Source of the DNA: a virus
Lineage: Duplodnaviria > Caudoviricetes
Virus record (IMG/VR): IMGVR_UViG_3300028832_000123
Coordinates: 15,508 to 79,507 of that record
DNA: 64,000 nt
Strand: one strand, 5' to 3'
In this document: one piece after another, positions 10,239-18,081 of the stretch
How positions within the stretch are numbered: the stretch's first letter is position 1
Layout: every line of letters starts with the position of its first letter
Position numbers and translations under genes: made by a program
The notes under the pieces: generated by a model
The model's database searches: none
Told to the model about the DNA's origin: nothing
What the model saw: the letters and a program-made list of their open reading frames with translations, nothing else

Positions 10239-10484
10239 TCACCTGCCTTTGCCCCAATTAATGTTTTTTCTGACATAATCAACGGCTTCAGCGAGATACA
10301 TTTCTCTTTCAACATTGACCGTTATCATTTGTGGGTGTTTATTATGCTTTCCGAATTTATGACCACAACAGCAACAGTAATTCCCCGGAATTCCGTGAAA
10401 GTATGCCTTGCACTTCTTGCAAAACAAAAACGGTTCGTTCACTGTACCATTAGGCATTACCTGTTCAAGCCTTGCGAAAATCAC
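10239..10484 (-). CDS. zinc-ribbon hypothetical protein
   Basis: CKKC...YC.CCG. Confidence 0.55.
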   Translation of the reverse strand: MIFARLEQVMPNGTVNEPFLFCKKCKAYFHGIPGNYCCCCGHKFGKHNKHPQMITVNVEREMYLAEAVDYVRKNINWGKGR

Positions 10485-10621
10485 TAACTGTTCTCTCCCT
10501 TCATGCCGTGAATAGCTTCATAAGGTCCGCAGTAGTTGTTATTCTTAACTTGCTTTCCAACTGATTCAGAAAGCTCATTTTCGCTTCTATCGCCATGTAA
10601 ATGGCCTCCTTTAATATGTCG

Positions 10622-10885
10622 TTATATCCCGCTCCTCTCAAACGACCGGAATAACTCATTGCTTGATATAACCTGCATGACTGGGAGCATGCCCTTTGCC
10701 CAGTTGATAAATCCTTCTCGTGGGATCCTGTAACTATGACCGATCTTTGAAATCGGGAAGCCGAGGTACTTTGGATCTTTGCCGGCTTCGTCCCGTATCA
10801 GCTGCGGTTCGCAGTGAATGCAGTCCGCCACTTCCTGCACGGATAGGAAATCACGATCCAGTTTTTCTATCTCTGAAAGTTTCAT
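10622..10885 (-). CDS. HTH DNA-binding protein, excisionase-like
   Basis: FLSVQEVADCI...KIGHSYRIPREGFINW; position near the switch. Confidence 0.7.
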   Translation of the reverse strand: MKLSEIEKLDRDFLSVQEVADCIHCEPQLIRDEAGKDPKYLGFPISKIGHSYRIPREGFINWAKGMLPVMQVISSNELFRSFERSGI

Positions 10886-10897
10886 AGCTATTTACCT

Positions 10898-11194
10898 TCA
10901 GGCGACAGCGACCTGGTTTAACTGTTCCGCATGATTCTTCTTGTACTCTGCATAAAGCATTTCCGTTCGGCGCTCGTTTGTCAGGTACGGAGCAGTCAAA
11001 ACCAGATGTGTAACGGACTGTTCAAAGGTATCGGCTTTCTCTCCGATCAGTTTGTAAATTCCGTCAGCTGTCTCCATAAAGCTTTTCCAGAACGGATCCC
11101 TTCTGGGTCCGCATTTTTCGAGTGCATCGTGAATCTTCAGCAGATCACGACATGCTACGACATCCCGCAGTAATGCGTCCTTTACACTGTTCAT
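10898..11194 (-). CDS. hypothetical protein, paralog family member A
   Basis: aligns by eye to 14441-14710 and 15612-15896. Confidence 0.7.
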   Translation of the reverse strand: MNSVKDALLRDVVACRDLLKIHDALEKCGPRRDPFWKSFMETADGIYKLIGEKADTFEQSVTHLVLTAPYLTNERRTEMLYAEYKKNHAEQLNQVAVA

Positions 11195-11231
11195 TTTACT
11201 CTCCTGTTAATTTGTGCTACTCGTTTAAGTA

Positions 11232-11459
11232 TTAGTCACAGGTATAAAAAATAGACTCTTCGCTGACCCCGTAGTATTCAGCCATGATCTTACGCACTTC
11301 AGGCTTCGGGTTACGCTCTCCTGATTCATATGCGCAGAGAGAACTGTACGGGATTCCGGTTTCACGGCTGACGCCAGTCTTGGTACGGCAGCCACGCAGT
11401 TGGCGGAGTCTTTCGCCAACAACTTTCGGACTTACTTTCTTCTTCATCGTAAAGCTCAT
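11232..11459 (-). CDS. Cro-like XRE HTH regulator
   Basis: LRQLRG..TKTGVSRETGI.YSSLCAYESGER.P; divergent from the repressor. Confidence 0.85.
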   Translation of the reverse strand: MSFTMKKKVSPKVVGERLRQLRGCRTKTGVSRETGIPYSSLCAYESGERNPKPEVRKIMAEYYGVSEESIFYTCD

Positions 11460-11595
11460 GTATTCACCTCCATTTCTTGACTCTATTTTACTCTTTTGTG
11501 CAGTAATTTCAACACTTAAAATGTTAACTTTTTGTTAATTATGTGTTGATTTTTACTACATAATATGATATTGTTATTGCAGGAGGTGATAATAT

Positions 11596-11946
11596 ATGCG
11601 TACATTTGGCGAGAATTTGCGAGAATTGCGTAAAAGCAGAGGATACAGTCAGGAGAAGTTTGCGGAAGTAATAGGAACAAAGCAGGTCAATGTCAGCGCA
11701 TGGGAACTTGGCACACGTGTACCGTACCTTGCGACGATCCGTGGCATTGCCGAAACCTTTAAGGTTCCGCTTTCCTCCCTGATATCCATCGAGCAGACAG
11801 GACTTGACGAAGACTACATAAGTTCGGTTTCGGAAGCGATCAAGACCGAACCGAAACTGCGGGAGATCCTTGACAAGATCCTGTACATGCCTTCCTCTGA
11901 CCTTGACGCTTTACTCGGAATCATTAACGCAATGACAAAGAAATGA
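11596..11946 (+). CDS. CI-like XRE repressor
   Basis: FGENLRELRK..GYSQEKFAE.IG....VSAWELG.R.P; cotranscribed with the integrase. Confidence 0.88.
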   Translation: MRTFGENLRELRKSRGYSQEKFAEVIGTKQVNVSAWELGTRVPYLATIRGIAETFKVPLSSLISIEQTGLDEDYISSVSEAIKTEPKLREILDKILYMPSSDLDALLGIINAMTKK

Positions 11947-13073
11947 ATTGTATCAAATGTAAAGCCATTATTCCAGATGGATCCGCATACTGCAACTACT
12001 GCGGAAAGAAACAGTCTGTTGAAAAAAAGCGCTCCAGAAAGACCCGTGGCAATGGGATGGGATGCGCTTATCGCCGTGGGCAGACATGGACCGCTTGCGT
12101 AACAATCGGATGGAAAACTCCTGCTGACCCGTCCAAACCGAAAACACCTATCCGGCGCACGAAGGGCGGTTTCCCGTCGAAGAAGGAAGCAATCGCATAC
12201 TGTCCAGCCCTGCTTGTGGGCGGGATCGCAAAGCGACAGGAAGCCCCAAGACTGTCAGAGTACTGGAAGACATACTCTGAAGGGCGTATGCTTACACTCG
12301 GAAAGAATACACAGTCCGCATACCGTACCGCATGGAAGAAACTGAGGGCCGTACATGATATTCGTGTAGACAGTATTACTGTTGAACTTTTGCAGAACAC
12401 AATTGACGAAACGTGTCATTCACACGACACTGCCGGAGACTGCAAAAGTTTATTATCCAATTTATTTGCGCTTGCAGGGGCGGAACAAACCGCAAACAGT
12501 TCCCTGCCTTCCTTTATTGTATTGCCAGCCTATGCGGAAAAGGAACGGGAAGTCTTTACTGCTGAAGAGCAGGTCGCTTTATGGAAAGCATATGATAACG
12601 GAGACATTCGTGCAGCCGTACCGCTTCTTATGATCGCTACAGGTATGATGCCAGGTGAAATGCAACAGCTGAAGGCAGAGAACATAGACATCAACGGAAG
12701 GGTTATCGTGCGATCCGGATTGAAGACAGCTGTACGGAAAAGCACACCGATAGTTTTGTCGGACTCGATTACTCCGGTTGTGCGGGATCTGATTGAAAAC
12801 GCACAGCTGTCCGGATATCTTTGGAAACGTGACGAGAAAGCATGGTATAAAAACTACTATGATATCCTTGAGCTGTCCGGATGCCGTCGCCTGACTCCGT
12901 ACTGTTGCCGGCACACGTGCGCAAGCAATCTTTCCATTGATAAAAACATTCCATCGCAGACAATCCGTAAGGTTATGCGATGGAGCACGGCAAAGATGCT
13001 GGATCGGTACAGTCATCCGTCTACTGAGGATGCACTCGCTGCGGTGAACACGGTCACACGCCCTGATGTATAG
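11943..13073 (+). CDS. int: tyrosine integrase
   Basis: TGM.PGE (box I with Arg replaced), PYCCRHT, MRW and RYSH catalytic boxes; N-terminal zinc ribbon and arm-binding region; adjacent att site. Confidence 0.92.
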   Translation: MNCIKCKAIIPDGSAYCNYCGKKQSVEKKRSRKTRGNGMGCAYRRGQTWTACVTIGWKTPADPSKPKTPIRRTKGGFPSKKEAIAYCPALLVGGIAKRQEAPRLSEYWKTYSEGRMLTLGKNTQSAYRTAWKKLRAVHDIRVDSITVELLQNTIDETCHSHDTAGDCKSLLSNLFALAGAEQTANSSLPSFIVLPAYAEKEREVFTAEEQVALWKAYDNGDIRAAVPLLMIATGMMPGEMQQLKAENIDINGRVIVRSGLKTAVRKSTPIVLSDSITPVVRDLIENAQLSGYLWKRDEKAWYKNYYDILELSGCRRLTPYCCRHTCASNLSIDKNIPSQTIRKVMRWSTAKMLDRYSHPSTEDALAAVNTVTRPDV

Positions 13074-13129
13074 TTTACATACTGCTTACATCAACGGATG
13101 TGAACGTTGATTTTACTATATTCTTATTT

Positions 13130-13189
13130 CCTCTGCTAAGGGAGTAGACGGGTTAAACCGTGCCCGGGTTCAAATCCCGGCTTCTCCGC
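13130..13189 (+). pseudogene. 3' half of tRNA-Ser(GCT) (att core)
   Basis: CTGCTAA anticodon loop, long variable arm, CCGGG-TTCAAAT-CCCGG T arm and CTTCTCCG acceptor 3' strand; no 5' half or D arm. Confidence 0.85.
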
Positions 13190-13191
13190 TT

Positions 13192-13224
13192 AAAACCCTG
13201 CAAGATCAACGCTTGCAGGGTTTT
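13192..13224 (+). terminator. intrinsic (bidirectional) terminator
   Basis: AAAACCCTGCAAG-loop-CTTGCAGGGTTTT. Confidence 0.8.
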
Positions 13225-13302
13225 GTTATGTTGTAGTATTTATACTGTTCATTGTCATAAATTGTCGTAAGTGGTGTTCTACTGTTTACACTACTGTTTA
13301 CA

Positions 13303-14280
13303 TCATTCCTCATACCCAGCCATGTATTTTGACAGGTCAAGTTCTTCTCCTCGTGACGGGCAAAGGAACACCCCGTCATCTTCCAACCTGTCAACATATG
13401 GTGTGAATTGTTCTTTTAATAATCTGTTCAGTTCAGGAACAATTCTTACCGGCTTTGCGTTCAATATGCTATCAAGACACCATTCACAGTCTCCGAATAT
13501 CCGGCTGAATGATGATTTTGTCAAAACAACATTGCGTTCCTGAAGCAACTTGATCATGGCCCGTGGGAATTCAAGGTGCAACGCAAAGCATTCCGCTTCT
13601 GTTGTTGCTTTATCTGATCCTATAATATTGAAACCATGCCCAAGATAAATATGTCCAAGTTCAATAGCAATTGCAAGCTTTAGCTTTCCGAGAGGAGCAT
13701 TGCGCCTGACAGCAAACAGATAATGTTCGTGTTCTCTATCGTCAGCAATAACAGATGTCATGACCATGTCGCCCTGCTGACTGCTCATTACTGCGTTTGT
13801 TTCACACAGGTCATCCAGTTCCGATTCATCTTCAAATGATACAATGGAAGCACGTTCTGATGCCTGAAGAATCTGTTGAGGATATATTGGCGTTCTCGAT
13901 ACGTTGAATTTAATCAGCGCACGGGCTGCCTGTGTTGCTGCGGTAGTACAGTCTATGGTTTTCTTTCCTGTTTCTTTCCAATAGATTGTATTGTTCACCA
14001 TTTCAAATTGGTGGATCAACGGTGTACGTAATTTATCTGCAACGATTTCAAGGTTGTCTCCTGGATCGCCCAGTCTTTCGCTGGACCAGCCCATGAGGTA
14101 CGGTCTGCTTACATTAAATAAAATAGCAAGCTGATGAACACGTTCCGGCGGGATGTTCGTGATAAGACCATGTTCATACTTATATACTGTGGCTCGCTGA
14201 ATACCCAAATATGTAGCAATGTCATTGAGTGACATTCCTTTTTCTGTTCTCAATTCTCTTAATCTGTCCGCAAATGTCAT
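13303..14280 (-). CDS. XRE HTH fused to a degenerate ImmA/IrrE-like domain
   Basis: N-terminal HTH; AIELGH and EAECFA resemble AHELGH and EAN.FA. Confidence 0.75.
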   Translation of the reverse strand: MTFADRLRELRTEKGMSLNDIATYLGIQRATVYKYEHGLITNIPPERVHQLAILFNVSRPYLMGWSSERLGDPGDNLEIVADKLRTPLIHQFEMVNNTIYWKETGKKTIDCTTAATQAARALIKFNVSRTPIYPQQILQASERASIVSFEDESELDDLCETNAVMSSQQGDMVMTSVIADDREHEHYLFAVRRNAPLGKLKLAIAIELGHIYLGHGFNIIGSDKATTEAECFALHLEFPRAMIKLLQERNVVLTKSSFSRIFGDCEWCLDSILNAKPVRIVPELNRLLKEQFTPYVDRLEDDGVFLCPSRGEELDLSKYMAGYEE

Positions 14281-14360
14281 AACTGTAACCTCCTACGTTT
14301 CATATTATACTACCGCCTACATTAAAAGTCACAATGTAATAAAATTTTAATACTTTTATA

Positions 14361-14388
14361 CTTTACAAGTTACAATTATTCTGTATAA
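14361..14388 (+). promoter_or_regulatory. sigma-A-like promoter for the paralog/tRNA operon
   Basis: TTTACA...TG-TATAAT with nearby AAGT(C/T)AC repeats. Confidence 0.6.
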
Positions 14389-14440
14389 TGTGTATCGTAA
14401 TAAGTCACGTATACTAAATAAGTTACAAAGGAGAATCTGC

Positions 14441-14710
14441 ATGAACATCGAATCTGTATTTCTGAACTTGGTGGATGCTGGACTTATGGCGAAAAAGATG
14501 GACAAGGCAATGCAGGACGCTGGGTTCGATAACAACCCGTACTTTGAAATCTACGGTTGTGTGGCCCAGGCGATTATTCACATGCTTGGTGAAGCAGAAA
14601 AGGACTTTGAGAATACGGATGCTTGCTATGCTCTGTCTGATAAGATCCACGGCAGGAAGGAACGTGTGCAGTATCTCGTTGATGCTTATAATAAAGTTTC
14701 ATCTCAATGA
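14441..14710 (+). CDS. hypothetical protein, paralog family member B
   Basis: AAGGAG RBS before ATG 14441; AKKMD.AM..AG..NNPYF. Confidence 0.75.
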   Translation: MNIESVFLNLVDAGLMAKKMDKAMQDAGFDNNPYFEIYGCVAQAIIHMLGEAEKDFENTDACYALSDKIHGRKERVQYLVDAYNKVSSQ

Positions 14711-14785
14711 TGAGACTTTTTTATGCGAATACTTATTACTTTAACATTTACTTTTACCGTTATTTGTAGTACATTATACGTACAT

Positions 14786-14870
14786 GAGGGATTGGCAGAG
14801 TGGTTGAATGCACCGGTTTGCTAAACCGGAGTGGCGCAAGTCACCGCAGGTTCAAATCCTGCATCTCTCG
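14786..14870 (+). tRNA. tRNA-Ser(GCT)
   Basis: cloverleaf GAGGGAT/ATCTCTC, CCGGT-TTGCTAA-ACCGG, long variable arm. Confidence 0.9.
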
Positions 14871-14875
14871 CTTTC

Positions 14876-15092
14876 GTTACGGTGGCGGAATAGGTAGACG
14901 CTATAACATATAGCATTGACAGCCCAACATTCACTGGTACATTGAGGGTGTCCGGCAGAGTAAATATGACCGATAGGGAATGTGGCGCAGTGGATCGATA
15001 TGGCATGAGTCGGATAAAGCCATAACGTGAAAACGTCAGAAGATACTTCAATGTATGTGAGGTGACAGAAATTCAAATCCTCACCCGTAACG
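14876..15092 (+). ncRNA. tRNA-like RNA with a large internal expansion
   Basis: acceptor GTTACGG/CCGTAAC, Leu-type D arm, T arm GTGAGG/CCTCAC, 14-bp internal helix, no anticodon arm. Confidence 0.65.
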
Positions 15093-15098
15093 AATCAC

Positions 15099-15186
15099 GG
15101 TGGATTGACCGAGTGGTTTAAGGTAGCTGTCTTGAAAACAGCAGGTCCGAAAGGATCCGTGGGTTCAAATCCTACATCCACCGCCA
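15099..15186 (+). tRNA. tRNA-Ser(TGA)
   Basis: GCTGT-CTTGAAA-ACAGC, long variable arm, encoded CCA. Confidence 0.92.
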
Positions 15187-15187
15187 T

Positions 15188-15260
15188 GCTTTTGTAGCTC
15201 AATTGGCAGAGCAATCGCCTTGTAAGCGATAGGCTGTGAGTTCGAGTCTCACCAGAAGCC
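15188..15260 (+). tRNA. tRNA-Thr(TGT)
   Basis: ATCGC-CTTGTAA-GCGAT; complete cloverleaf. Confidence 0.92.
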
Positions 15261-15266
15261 CATTAT

Positions 15267-15340
15267 AGAGGTGTCGCCAAGATGGTTAAGGCATGGGACT
15301 TTGACTCCCATATTCGCAGGTTCGACTCCTGCCACCTCTG
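15267..15340 (+). tRNA. tRNA-Gln(TTG)
   Basis: TGGGA-CTTTGAC-TCCCA; AGAGGTG/CACCTCT acceptor. Confidence 0.92.
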
Positions 15341-15410
15341 CGACAGAGCGACCGCTTTGTGCGGAGCCAGGATGTGCGACCGGAAACGGCGACGGCATCC
15401 GTCCCCCTTT

Positions 15411-15482
15411 GGGGCATTAACTCAATGGTAGAGTGTCTGCTTTGCAAGCAGAATGTTGCAGGTTCAAATCCTGTATGCTCCA
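15411..15482 (+). tRNA. tRNA-Ala(TGC)
   Basis: TCTGC-TTTGCAA-GCAGA; G3:U70 identity pair. Confidence 0.93.
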
Positions 15483-15487
15483 CTTAC

Positions 15488-15561
15488 GCTCCCATAGTCC
15501 AATTGGAAGAGACATCGGATTTAAGCTCCGACATGTCAGGGTTCGAGTCCCTGTGGGAGTA
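15488..15561 (+). tRNA. tRNA-Leu(TAA), short variable loop
   Basis: TCGGA-TTTAAGC-TCCGA; discriminator A. Confidence 0.8.
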
Positions 15562-15611
15562 CTACAGTCACATAAACATGTGGCTCATAAAATAATATGG
15601 AGGGATTGCCC

Positions 15612-15896
15612 ATGAATATGGAGAAGGCTTTAACGGAACTTGTCAGCGCTGTAAAAACGGCAAAAAAGATGGACGAAGCAATGCGGGAAGCAGGATACGA
15701 AAATAACCCGTACTTTGACATCTGGGGAAACATTGCAGAAGCGGTCTATGCATTGCTCGATGAGCACACAGATACATTCGACAGCTCTGTAACAGCGCAA
15801 GTCATCAGAGATATGGCAAACGTCCCAATCAACAAAGCCGTAGATATCCTTTGGGCAGTCTTCAAGCGAAAAGAACTGTTATCCGATCCAAAGTAA
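15612..15896 (+). CDS. hypothetical protein, paralog family member C
   Basis: GGAGGG RBS; strong by-eye match to 14441-14710. Confidence 0.75.
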   Translation: MNMEKALTELVSAVKTAKKMDEAMREAGYENNPYFDIWGNIAEAVYALLDEHTDTFDSSVTAQVIRDMANVPINKAVDILWAVFKRKELLSDPK

Positions 15897-15897
15897 A

Positions 15898-15930
15898 AAT
15901 CACCCCACTCCAGTCTGGAGTGGGGCTTTT
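15898..15930. terminator. bidirectional terminator between convergent operons
   Basis: AAAAA..CCCCACTCCAG-T-CTGGAGTGGGG..TTTTT. Confidence 0.8.
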
Positions 15931-15932
15931 TG

Positions 15933-16247
15933 TTAATACCTGTACGGGGGCATCCATTCCGGATAGTGTCCTGAATAATCATATCCAGGATACATGTCAC
16001 GGCTCGTATACCTTCCCATGCTGTCACGTCCTCTGCGGTAAGAACGTCCGGATGCGTCCTTGTCTTCCCATCCGTCAGCGTCTTTCATCGCATTGTACGT
16101 GGCTGCACATTTCAGAGCATGATACAGGATATCAGCACGTTCAACATCCTGCACAGACATTTCCGGAAGATCTTCCATGTACTTCTTATCCAGTCTGTCA
16201 AGCTCTTTGCACATTGCTCTTTCGAGGTGCTCGTAATGATTTGCCAT
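15933..16247 (-). CDS. hypothetical protein (post-lysis module)
   Basis: RRGRDSMGRYTS motif; RBS GGAGGT. Confidence 0.75.
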   Translation of the reverse strand: MANHYEHLERAMCKELDRLDKKYMEDLPEMSVQDVERADILYHALKCAATYNAMKDADGWEDKDASGRSYRRGRDSMGRYTSRDMYPGYDYSGHYPEWMPPYRY

Positions 16248-16262
16248 TGCTCTTCACCTCCA

Positions 16263-17021
16263 TCACGCAGCAGGAGCGGTGGTGGTGGTGACAGGATAGC
16301 GGTTAACAAAGAACTGGGTCTGTGCGGTCAGGGCGTTCTGAATGTAGTTGTTGCTATTCAGAGCGGTGATCTGCCGTTCCAGGTCTGCGATGCGCTCATT
16401 CTTCGCATCGATCTTGTCGGCGCACATCTGATCGAGGATGCGCTGAATACCCATGTTCTGGTTGGTCAGGATGTCACGTACGCCATCGGACAGCACCTGC
16501 CGGTCCGCACAATGTTCTGCCAGGATCGTGGAGGTCTGATTGGCTGTGGCAAGCCTGTTTTCGCAACAGCAGGAGGCCAGTTGGCTCTGCATGCCGTTGA
16601 ATCCCTGCATGGTAGCCATCTGCGCCGCGAAGTTCTGTTGCATTCCTGCGATCTCACGGGCGTTGGCCCCGATCTCAGCCTGGGCAAAACCATTGGCGAT
16701 GTTGCTGTTAACGCCGGCAAAACCGGAACACAGGGAAGTCTGGAGGTCGCCGAAACCAGAAGTAACAGCGTTCTGAACTCCGGTAATACCGGAGATCACA
16801 GCGGACTGGTCAAAGCCACGCTGTACGTCGTTGTTGACCATCATCGGTCCCATGCCGTTACCGCCACCGAAACCACCGAAGTTACCGCCCCAGCCACACA
16901 GCACGATCAGCAGGAGAATAAATCCCCAGCCACCCATGTCGCCAAAGCCACCCATACCGCCGTTACCGTAACCGCCCATAGGAGCCACGGGCATCACGAT
17001 GTTGCCATTTGTGTCAGTCAT
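16263..17021 (-). CDS. Gly-rich, membrane-anchored coiled-coil protein with a CCC motif
   Basis: G/M-rich N-terminus, TM WGFILLLIVLC, SCCCEN, C-terminal coiled coil. Confidence 0.8.
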   Translation of the reverse strand: MTDTNGNIVMPVAPMGGYGNGGMGGFGDMGGWGFILLLIVLCGWGGNFGGFGGGNGMGPMMVNNDVQRGFDQSAVISGITGVQNAVTSGFGDLQTSLCSGFAGVNSNIANGFAQAEIGANAREIAGMQQNFAAQMATMQGFNGMQSQLASCCCENRLATANQTSTILAEHCADRQVLSDGVRDILTNQNMGIQRILDQMCADKIDAKNERIADLERQITALNSNNYIQNALTAQTQFFVNRYPVTTTTAPAA

Positions 17022-17205
17022 TGTTTTTGATTCCTTTCGTTTTTATTTTTCCAATCGTCTATGCGCACTCGACGAAAAGAATCAAAGTGTTTATTCCATG
17101 CATTATTTTGAACGAAAATACCTGTTTTCATTCAAAAAGCGTGAAAATAATGCACGGTATTAACATTATTAACTTGAAACCAACTTGGAAAAACTTGCGA
17201 CTTAA

Positions 17206-17318
17206 TTCCAAGTTAGTATCAAGTTTAGTATCAAACTTGGAAAAATTGGCCTGTTTTTTCCAAGTTAGTATCAAGTTTAGTATCAAACTTGGAAAAATTG
17301 GCCTGTTTTTTCCAAGTT
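17206..17318. repeat. 52-bp tandem repeat (about 2.2 copies) with internal palindrome
   Basis: TTCCAAGTT starts at 17206, 17258 and 17310. Confidence 0.9.
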
Positions 17319-17370
17319 AACTTGCCTGTAACTTGCTGAAGCTTTAATTATTCAGCATCAAAATCGCTGT

Positions 17371-17400
17371 AAGTAAAGAAAATCAACGGTTTCTTTACTT
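17371..17400. terminator. hairpin (possible terminator)
   Basis: AAGTAAAGAAA...TTTCTTTACTT. Confidence 0.55.
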
Positions 17401-17416
17401 GACGGTTACTTGATTA

Positions 17417-17629
17417 TCATCTTCCAAGCATTTGCCTTGCCCACTGGATCTGTTCCTGTGTCACGGTACCGGTCTGCTGAAGCCAGTTGAGAAGCTGCCC
17501 AGGATCATTCCGTACTTCTGCCGGCGCATTGGGAAAAATCTTTTGCACCATCATCTGCGGGTTCTGGAACTGCTGGGCCAGTTGCTGTACCTGTTGCATG
17601 GCATTCTGAATCTGAAATAAAGGATTCAT
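17417..17629 (-). CDS. Q/M/N/P-rich small protein
   Basis: MNPLFQIQNAMQQ...; coupled to the upstream gene. Confidence 0.7.
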   Translation of the reverse strand: MNPLFQIQNAMQQVQQLAQQFQNPQMMVQKIFPNAPAEVRNDPGQLLNWLQQTGTVTQEQIQWARQMLGR

Positions 17630-18078
17630 TACACTTCCCCCTTCGCTTTCCGTCCGGATATACTCAGGCTGTCTATGGTTTCCATCAGTTCTTCTTTCAT
17701 TCTGTCAAGGTCTTCCTTGCGTACATATTCGCTCAAATCAGGCTGTTTTGCCGTGCCGTCAAAGCCGGATGACTTCTCGCCCGTCTGCACTCCTTCGAGC
17801 GTGTAATGTGCCTTCTGAAGCGGATTAGGCATGCCCATCGGGTTAATGCTCTTAAGATAGATTACAGTGTCGTTCGTGTCCCACAGGGCAATCGGTTTGT
17901 TACAGGGCCATCCCTGTGGCATCTGATACGCTTTGGCTCCAACCTCTCCGTCAACCCAGATCAGTCCCTGTGCCTGCGATTCCTGGTTTGCAAAGGACAT
18001 CTGTGTCCCTTGCAGATTCGGGTATACCTGTTGCCCGTAGTTCCATGACGGCTGGTATGTTGCCGGCAGATAACTCAT
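17629..18078 (-). CDS. hypothetical protein (post-lysis module)
   Basis: Q/Y/P-rich N-terminus, WVDGEVGAKAY...LWD...IYLKS. Confidence 0.75.
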   Translation of the reverse strand: MSYLPATYQPSWNYGQQVYPNLQGTQMSFANQESQAQGLIWVDGEVGAKAYQMPQGWPCNKPIALWDTNDTVIYLKSINPMGMPNPLQKAHYTLEGVQTGEKSSGFDGTAKQPDLSEYVRKEDLDRMKEELMETIDSLSISGRKAKGEV

Positions 18079-18081
18079 AAC

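Larger units (their letters stand above)
13073..13302 (+). other. attP with integrase arm-type sites
   Basis: ACTG(T/C)TTACA-like direct repeats at 13073-13091 and two perfect CTACTGTTTACA copies at 13279-13302 flank the tRNA fragment. Confidence 0.75.

Noticed and set aside
14876-15092. tmRNA or YrlA Y RNA
   Set aside because: No G3:U70 acceptor, too short for tmRNA and no evident tag ORF; arm order is not permuted as in YrlA and no Ro60 gene is present
15341-15410. HDV-like theta ribozyme call
   Set aside because: Could not fit the P1/P1.1/P2/P3 nested pseudoknot by hand; kept only as an unknown structure
15488-15561. Ochre suppressor tRNA (TTA) or genome recoding
   Set aside because: The 5-bp stem centres TAA in a 7-nt loop, and genes end normally at TAA/TGA/TAG without fragmentation
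16119-17030. Long plus-strand ORFs (also 5528-6382, 43471-44124, 44887-45831, 45975-47120)
   Set aside because: Antisense shadows of well-supported minus-strand genes, with no RBS or motifs
17206-17318. CRISPR array
   Set aside because: The repeats are contiguous with no unique spacers, and no cas genes are present
13205-17390. Shared ATCAACG loop in the hairpins at 13192-13224 and 17371-17400
   Set aside because: Only two instances of a 7-mer; may be chance
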